From IMG/VR virus record IMGVR_UViG_3300010354_000075, positions 3,306 through 67,305 of that record: 64,000 bases of DNA; one strand, given 5' to 3'. Position 1 is the stretch's first letter; each line of letters begins with the position of its first letter. The stretch is from a virus. Under the pieces are notes generated by a model. It was given only the letters and a program-made list of their open reading frames with translations, was not told the origin of the DNA and did no database searches. Positions 58,136 to 64,000 of the stretch are shown piece after piece. Both the position numbers and the translations under genes were made by a program.

Positions 58136-58571
58136 TAGCGCAGGCTTATATCGTGCGCCTATGACAAGGGGTTTAACTACGCCTGGACAGAAGTCTCATC
58201 GCTGTAATGAGCACTCAGCAACTACCCTGAAAGAGGATGATGATCAGATATGCCTTCCCATACAACTGATTTTGCTGTTTAAGATTTCTATCAAAGGCTA
58301 AAAGAAGGGAGAAAACCCCTACGTTAACAAAGATGATAGCGTATTTTTGTTAACCGCCGTCGTAATAAAGACGTGGCTCGAGGTACCGGACGACCGCCTC
58401 TGTAATGCCATAACGCTGTGTGACATTGTGCAACTCGGATAATGTTATTTTTTAGCCCGGAAACGGGCTAAGTGTGACTGAACAATCTGGATAATATCTA
58501 AGTGCTTCGCACTGATTATAACTAAAAAAATGCTCGAGCATAAGCGAAGAGCAGATGAACGCAGTTCATCT
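58136..58571 (+). ncRNA. Large structured non-coding element (~440 nt), family unassigned
   Basis: No ORF in the supplied track, GC-richer than its flanks, about ten stems including TTAGCCCG-GAAA-CGGGCTAA; G-U pairs and a GNRA loop favour a plus-strand RNA; two possible pseudoknots. Confidence 0.75.
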
Positions 58572-58573
58572 CT

Positions 58574-58581
58574 AATAAATA
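58574..58581 (+). promoter_or_regulatory. Late promoter AATAAATA, 6 nt before ATG 58588
   Basis: T4 late consensus-like. Confidence 0.6.
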
Positions 58582-58587
58582 CATATT

Positions 58588-59760
58588 ATGAAAGTTCTTG
58601 ATATTATTCTAGAAAAAACACCTAGCTCTCCTACTAGTCCTAGTACTCCTTCTAGTCCTACACCTAAAGCACCTTTTAGAAAAAGACCTAAAAAACCTCC
58701 AGTAGTACCAGCTTCTCCTCCGAGTACAACACCGAAGCCAGGTTCTGGTGTTCCTAAACGTGCTAGTTCTGAAATGAAACTACTAGACTGGTTTACTAAG
58801 AGAGCCAAAGCTAGTAAAACTAGGATGGATCGAGCAGAGAAAGTTTATAATGGAAGATTCGCTACTAGATTAAAATGGCTTTTTAGATTAGTAGGTCTCA
58901 CTACAGCAGTATACGAATTATATGCTACATTAGATGAATTAGAAGAGTGGTATACTACAGGAAAACCTTTACCTAAAAGCGATGGTACTAGTGCTCCTAT
59001 GACCAAAGCAGGATACGAGCAGCTTAGAGAATTAGCATTTGGAACATTTCAGATACAAGTGTTGATTCCTATAGTTACACCGTGGATATTAAGATTTGTT
59101 AAAGGTGTTTTATTAGTTAATTGGATTAAACGAATTGGAGCATTTGCTAGTGCTCCGGTTACAGCAGGTGTCAGTGTTGCTGCTATGCTGGCTACTGAAG
59201 CAGGTGTAGCTGCTTTTCAAGCATGGTTAGGCAGTAGTGCCGGACGTGACTGGATTATTAACAGTATCTTTATGGAACCAATTAGACTATTTGGTAAATT
59301 TGGAGACACTGCTGCTAATGCTCTAAGTAAAGCATTTACTGGCAAGACCAGTTATGAAAAAGCAGACGAGAAGAGAGATAAAATTGTTGGACCTTCAGGG
59401 CAAGGAGGCCAAGAATCTGATAGAGCACTTCCTCCACCGGCTTCTGATTACAGAGATTCTTCTATTAGATATACCAGAGGAAAAGATGTGTATGTAGGCG
59501 GAGTTCCTGTTACCGATGCTGATGGATATTTAGATCCAAGAGCACTAGATAACATAGGTGTTATATCAGCAAGAAACCAGGCACAAAAAAGAGGACAAAA
59601 AGATCCGCTCTCAGGAATTCCGCAACGACCAGGAAAGCCACCAATAGAATTGTATGAGCCTGACAAGGAAGTTGTTCCTGCTGGCGGAGATCGCAGAGGA
59701 TCTACTAAAGATACTCAAGCAGCTTGGGAAAAGAAAAATCAAAAGCCAACGGCTGCTTAA
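58588..59760 (+). CDS. Hypothetical late protein, possibly an internal virion/ejection protein
   Basis: Late promoter; N-terminal MKVLDIILE; Pro/Ser/Lys-rich linker; hydrophobic helices. Confidence 0.55.
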   Translation: MKVLDIILEKTPSSPTSPSTPSSPTPKAPFRKRPKKPPVVPASPPSTTPKPGSGVPKRASSEMKLLDWFTKRAKASKTRMDRAEKVYNGRFATRLKWLFRLVGLTTAVYELYATLDELEEWYTTGKPLPKSDGTSAPMTKAGYEQLRELAFGTFQIQVLIPIVTPWILRFVKGVLLVNWIKRIGAFASAPVTAGVSVAAMLATEAGVAAFQAWLGSSAGRDWIINSIFMEPIRLFGKFGDTAANALSKAFTGKTSYEKADEKRDKIVGPSGQGGQESDRALPPPASDYRDSSIRYTRGKDVYVGGVPVTDADGYLDPRALDNIGVISARNQAQKRGQKDPLSGIPQRPGKPPIELYEPDKEVVPAGGDRRGSTKDTQAAWEKKNQKPTAA

Positions 59761-59978
59761 AGCAAGGGCATTCCACTTTTCTTAGTCAATTCAATGTTTT
59801 CTTTGATAATAACAGAGATAATGCTTCTATCTTCAAAGCTATAGTTATGAAAAAGATCTTGACTAGTAACACCGCCGCGCATATACCAAGCTAGTCTAAA
59901 TATTTCTTCTTTGATTCCCCGCGCTTGATCGTCTAATGTTTTTAGATAATCCTCTATATCAGAGTTAGGCAAGGACAA
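59757..59978 (-). CDS. gp51-like baseplate hub/tail assembly chaperone, probably the -1 frameshift extension of gp26
   Basis: IFRLAWYMRGG..DL....EDR..I; only a TTG start without Shine-Dalgarno; frame is open back through the slippery site. Confidence 0.65.
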   Translation of the reverse strand: MSLPNSDIEDYLKTLDDQARGIKEEIFRLAWYMRGGVTSQDLFHNYSFEDRSIISVIIKENIELTKKSGMPLL

Positions 59979-59983
59979 TAAGG

Positions 59984-60808
59984 TTAGGCGAAAAAACTTG
60001 ATTGATCCAATAAAATTTCTAAACTAGATTTATGATTACAACTGCCGCAAACTGTTGGCTGCGGGGGTATCTGCCACTGATCTTTATTATTTTCGATCTT
60101 TTCTTTAAGTGTTGAAAATAGATCTCTTTCACTGTTCTTTAACCAATCTGAAATAAGCTGCTTGTCTACTATGGTCTCGTCTGTAAGTTGAACTGATTCT
60201 ATACTGCTTAAGAAAAAATCTAACTGTAAATCTGCTAGATCTTTATATATTTCATCTAAAGTTTTTTGTTGATCTTCGACGGACAGATCAGCTATCTGCA
60301 TTAATTTCTTTTGTAGCTTAAAGTTTTCCATACTATAATGGGAAGTTTCGCTGTAGTTCAGTGGCCTTATTTTTAAAGATATATCATTATTCAATTTAAT
60401 TTGATTTTCAAACTTCAAAGTAGATAAGTGATCTAATATCTTTGGTAATTGAATGTCGTAATTGTTATCTGATCCACAATTTTCACACTCTTTTTCTAAA
60501 TTAAGAGTTTCGCCGTATGTGGCTATTCTGATTGCTATAATAATAGAATCAATATCTATGCTAGGTATTTTTCCAGCTTTTTTGATATATGGAACACAGC
60601 TTTCTATTACACGAATAGTTGCTTCTCCGCTGAACAAAGCATCAGGAGTTTTAAAAATAATCTCATCCATTCCGCTCATAGCAAACACAGGTACACTGTT
60701 ATAATCGCCTGTCAAGGTACCTGATTCGTAGTATAAACCTTTACTAGGAAGGTTTAAAAATACTTTAGGCTGTCTAAAATACTTTTGCAAAGGGTTATAT
60801 TGGCTCAT
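59984..60808 (-). CDS. gp26: Baseplate hub assembly chaperone gp26-like
   Basis: LPSKG..M...DEI..IDIDSIIIAIRIATYGE..CENC..IRPL..CGSC. Confidence 0.8.
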   Translation of the reverse strand: MSQYNPLQKYFRQPKVFLNLPSKGLYYESGTLTGDYNSVPVFAMSGMDEIIFKTPDALFSGEATIRVIESCVPYIKKAGKIPSIDIDSIIIAIRIATYGETLNLEKECENCGSDNNYDIQLPKILDHLSTLKFENQIKLNNDISLKIRPLNYSETSHYSMENFKLQKKLMQIADLSVEDQQKTLDEIYKDLADLQLDFFLSSIESVQLTDETIVDKQLISDWLKNSERDLFSTLKEKIENNKDQWQIPPQPTVCGSCNHKSSLEILLDQSSFFA

Positions 60809-60817
60809 TTTCTATCC

Positions 60818-60842
60818 GATAAATATAGTATAGATATTTATA
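60818..60842. promoter_or_regulatory. Face-to-face late promoters serving the divergent genes: GATAAATA (+, 60818-60825) and TATAAATA (-, 60835-60842)
   Basis: Both lie in the 59-bp gap between gp26 and the tape measure; TGCGCATTTT element at 60843-60852. Confidence 0.65.
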
Positions 60843-60867
60843 TGCGCATTTTTTGGACTAAATTTTT

Positions 60868-63252
60868 ATGGCAAAATCTACAGAAGAACTCTTACAAGAG
60901 CTTATAGCATTACAAAAGGCTAATGCTGGAAAAAATGTTTCAGCTCCTACTGCTACGACTGCTGCTTCGTCACCTGGAGCGAAAGCTTTTGAAGCAGCTA
61001 CTGGTGTCGCTTCAAAAGCAATGGAAGGAGTAACAGGTGTATTAGGAAAAGCTAAAGAAGGATTTGATTTTTTACAGGCCGCTGTTCAGCCTAGTTTAGA
61101 TACCTTTAGAACTTTAAGTAAGACTGGCGCCAGTTTTAGTAATGATATTGTTGGCATGACTGTGGCCAGCAAAAATATGAGATTGGAGATAGAGGAATTC
61201 GCAGACATTATGAAAAACAATGCTGCCAATTTTACAGGATTAGGTGGTAATGTAACAAGAGGAGCAGAACAGTTTGCCAAATTAAGTAAAGGGTTGATGG
61301 AAAGCCCTTTCATTGATACACTGCGTCAAGCTGGATATACTAATAAAGAATTAAATGATGTACTAGCTTTACAAATTGGTTTTATGAGAACCAGTATGGC
61401 AGATGGCAAAGAACGAGATCAAGAAGCAATCGATTCAGCACAAAAGCTAGCCACTGAAATGGATCTAATGGCCAAGCTAACAGGTAAAAGTCGCGAAGAG
61501 CAAATGGAAAACATGAAAAAGGCTCAAGCAGACATGCAGGTAGAAGCAAAATTTAGATTAATTGGAGCAAAAGAAGGACCAGAAGCAGAAGCTAAAGCTA
61601 GAAAGTTATTCGCAGAACAATATAATGAAGCACAACTTAGAGGACAGGGGCAAGTATTCAAAGAAACATTTGCCTTAGGACAAGTTGTTAGTAAAGAAGC
61701 AGCTACCCAAGTTGCGCTAACAGGCAAAGAAGGAAGAGAAACACAACGAGCAGCACTAGCAACACAGCGAGGCGAAGAAGAAGAAGCAAGAAAAGCTAGT
61801 AAAGCTGCACAACTAGAAGCTATTAGAAACGGTCAAGATGTTAGCAAACTTCAATTAGCGTTAACAGGAGATATGACCACTGCCGGTAAAGTTTTTACGG
61901 AGCAAATGGCCAATAATAGGGGTTTGTTTGATTCATTCACTGCTTTGAAAAAAGAAAATGAAGAACAAGCTCGTCAAGGCAAAGCTCGTAAACTTTCAGA
62001 TGAAGAGTTAATGACTGAAGCTAAAAAACGTGCTGCTGATGCTGCTGCTGGTAGGGATGCCGAAGGTAAACAGGTCAGTGGAGCTACAGCTGCCATGATA
62101 AACTTAGGTAGTAGAGCTAAAGATGTCACAGCAGCATTAACAGATAGCTTACTTACTCCATTGAACAGACAAATAGGACCTGGACTGTATGAGTTTACTC
62201 AAACATATTTAAGTAGCAGAGTAGCAGGAACAGGAAAGAGTGTAAGCCAAAGTATTAGAGATTCAGCAGCAGAAGGCAGAGCACAGGCAGGCAAAGAAGA
62301 AAAAGGCACAAGAAGAGGAGTGGGCGATATTGGTACTAAAGAAGAAGATAGATATTTTGGTGAAAGTACTGTAAAAGAAGCAGCACGTAATGTTCAAAAA
62401 ATAGTAAATGTTGCTGAGGAAGGAATTAACAAAGCAGTTCAAGCAGGCAACGCTCCCAAAAAACGACAAACCGGATCAATAGGCGAAACAGGAAATCTAA
62501 TTGAAGATTTTGGCACCGGAACTTTAGCCATGCTACATGGTAAAGAGGCTGTATTGACCGAAGACCAGTTGAAAAACCTTGCCAGAGGTGTTAACATCGA
62601 AGGTATGAAAAATCAAGCTCAAGCTTTTCAGCAATCAGCAGGTCTCAATGTTGAAAAAATGAGAAGAGAACTAGTCACATTTAGTTCTACTGCAGCTAAA
62701 AAAGAAGAAGTAACAAATCAAAATCAAACCAGTAATTATACAGGCGTTGATCAAAAGTCAGCTAATGCTCGGGATACTAAGGCATTATCGGATTTTCAAA
62801 AAATAACTGGTATGCTGCCATCACCTGAAGCTAAATCTGCCGGATTGCCTAAAACTCCAGTAACAGAACCATTAAAACAGATTGATCGAAAGTCGTTGAA
62901 ATTTGACCAATATGGTATGCCAATTACTCAGGACATCAAATATAAAGCAGACGAAATAGTTCAAACAGCACAAAAGAAAGAAGCAGAAGCCAAAGCTACT
63001 ACACCAAATGTTGAAGATATGAAGAAAGGAATAGCAGCAGGAGGTGTAACACCTAAACCAGAAGAAAAGAAATCAGACACTGCTAAACCAGCAGTTACGG
63101 CTAGTAAAGAGTCGACTCTTAACGATGTAGTAGCAGCCTTAAATCAATTAAATAGTAAGGTGAATTCTTTAATTGATGTACAAAAAGAGATTGGAAACAG
63201 ACAAATTAAAGCAACTAAGGCTAACAGTAACGATGTTTACGCCAGAGTATAA
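60868..63252 (+). CDS. Tail tape measure protein-like
   Basis: 794 aa, Ala/Glu/Lys/Gln-rich helical; DFGTGTLAMLHGKEAVLT motif; adjacent to gp26/gp51. Confidence 0.7.
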   Translation: MAKSTEELLQELIALQKANAGKNVSAPTATTAASSPGAKAFEAATGVASKAMEGVTGVLGKAKEGFDFLQAAVQPSLDTFRTLSKTGASFSNDIVGMTVASKNMRLEIEEFADIMKNNAANFTGLGGNVTRGAEQFAKLSKGLMESPFIDTLRQAGYTNKELNDVLALQIGFMRTSMADGKERDQEAIDSAQKLATEMDLMAKLTGKSREEQMENMKKAQADMQVEAKFRLIGAKEGPEAEAKARKLFAEQYNEAQLRGQGQVFKETFALGQVVSKEAATQVALTGKEGRETQRAALATQRGEEEEARKASKAAQLEAIRNGQDVSKLQLALTGDMTTAGKVFTEQMANNRGLFDSFTALKKENEEQARQGKARKLSDEELMTEAKKRAADAAAGRDAEGKQVSGATAAMINLGSRAKDVTAALTDSLLTPLNRQIGPGLYEFTQTYLSSRVAGTGKSVSQSIRDSAAEGRAQAGKEEKGTRRGVGDIGTKEEDRYFGESTVKEAARNVQKIVNVAEEGINKAVQAGNAPKKRQTGSIGETGNLIEDFGTGTLAMLHGKEAVLTEDQLKNLARGVNIEGMKNQAQAFQQSAGLNVEKMRRELVTFSSTAAKKEEVTNQNQTSNYTGVDQKSANARDTKALSDFQKITGMLPSPEAKSAGLPKTPVTEPLKQIDRKSLKFDQYGMPITQDIKYKADEIVQTAQKKEAEAKATTPNVEDMKKGIAAGGVTPKPEEKKSDTAKPAVTASKESTLNDVVAALNQLNSKVNSLIDVQKEIGNRQIKATKANSNDVYARV

Positions 63253-63265
63253 AGTGAGATAATCG

Positions 63266-64000
63266 ATGAGTTGGAAAAAATATTTTACCCCTGTACCGGT
63301 AGGTAAGGATGCTAGTAACTATAGTCCTATGAGTGTTACTGGACGTAGTGCTGGTCCAGCTCGTACTAATTATTCTAGTTTTTTACCAGATGTTTATACA
63401 GGTGCTCCTAATCGTATTGATCGTTATCTTCAATATGATACTATGGACATGGACAGTGAAGTAAATGCTGCTCTAGACATCTTGAGTGAATTTTGTAGTC
63501 AAAAAAACAAGGAAAATCAAACTCCGTTTCATTTTTATTATAAAAATAAAGCTACGAATTCTGAGATTCAAATTTTAAGAGAATATCTACAACACTGGTG
63601 TAAATTACAAAAATTTGATACAAGAATATTTCGTATTGTAAGAAATGTTTTCAAATATGGAGACGAGATCTTTGTACGCGATCCTGAAACTAAAAAATGG
63701 TTTCATATTGATCCAGGCAAGTTGACTAAAATTATTGTTAATGAAAGTGAGGGCAAAAAGCCTGAACAGTATGTTATTAGAGATTTGAATCCTAATTTTA
63801 AAGACTTAGTTGTTACTACAATAAATCCTAATACTGTTAACACTAATAATAGAGGAACTGCTTATGTAGCTGGCGGTGCAGCCGCTAGAGGGCAAGCTAG
63901 TGCTTATCCAATCAGTCCAGGAACACGTTTTCAAAATAATCAAAACGAAGTAGCGATTGATGCCAAACATATTATTCATCTTAGTTTAAGTGAAGGTTTA
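63266..64000 (+). CDS. gp20: Portal protein gp20-like (5' part, runs off the window)
   Basis: Open from ATG 63266: MSWKKYF..RIDRYLQYDTMDMDSEVNAALDILSEF..FRIVRNVFKYGD..IIHLSL. Confidence 0.8.
   Translation, partial: MSWKKYFTPVPVGKDASNYSPMSVTGRSAGPARTNYSSFLPDVYTGAPNRIDRYLQYDTMDMDSEVNAALDILSEFCSQKNKENQTPFHFYYKNKATNSEIQILREYLQHWCKLQKFDTRIFRIVRNVFKYGDEIFVRDPETKKWFHIDPGKLTKIIVNESEGKKPEQYVIRDLNPNFKDLVVTTINPNTVNTNNRGTAYVAGGAAARGQASAYPISPGTRFQNNQNEVAIDAKHIIHLSLSEGL

Noticed and set aside
58339-58347. GCGTATTTT inside the structured RNA as another promoter element
   Set aside because: No TATTTA at the expected distance, and the bases are explained by the stem and pseudoknot pairing
58153-58571. Group II intron (GTGCG at 58153) or group I intron with a GIY-YIG homing gene
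   Set aside because: GTGCG is the 3' arm of a local hairpin. I found no domain V, no convincing P7 R/S pair, no reverse transcriptase, and no interrupted host gene. A covariance search is still needed.
1-64000. Stop-codon reassignment, tRNA genes or an integrase
   Set aside because: Genes are full length and tightly packed under the standard code; no cloverleaf or recombinase motifs were seen

Overview
AT-rich, densely coding 64 kb segment of a large T4-like (gp55/gp46/gp47-encoding) myophage genome, standard genetic code. From right to left on the minus strand, one long late block encodes baseplate genes (tube initiator-like, gp53, hub, gp5-like spike, gp25, gp6), a 5174-aa giant wedge/adhesin, several tail fibres and two paralogous virion proteins. 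It runs straight into a ~17 kb, largely translationally coupled tailoring-enzyme cluster: 4 glycosyltransferase-like genes, a methyltransferase, 8 radical-SAM enzymes, a stand-alone SPASM/twitch protein, 2 QueC-like PP-loop ATPases and an SDR. The cluster probably continues beyond the left edge. The plus strand carries a late sigma factor (gp55), the gp47/gp46 nuclease, an Hc1-like protein, a compact GIY-YIG nuclease, a DUF3820-like protein, a ~440-nt highly structured non-coding element, a probable internal virion protein, the tape measure and the start of the portal. The gp26/gp51-like chaperones lie on the minus strand between the internal virion protein and the tape measure. Main novelties: (1) the radical-SAM/QueC/glycosyltransferase cluster, a candidate virion or DNA hypermodification pathway; (2) an unassigned large structured RNA behind the GIY-YIG gene; (3) a bipartite late promoter (AAANTACGCAC-N14-TAAATA) alongside an enlarged gp55; (4) a likely programmed -1 frameshift joining gp26 to gp51. 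All family calls come from motifs read by eye; no database search was run.
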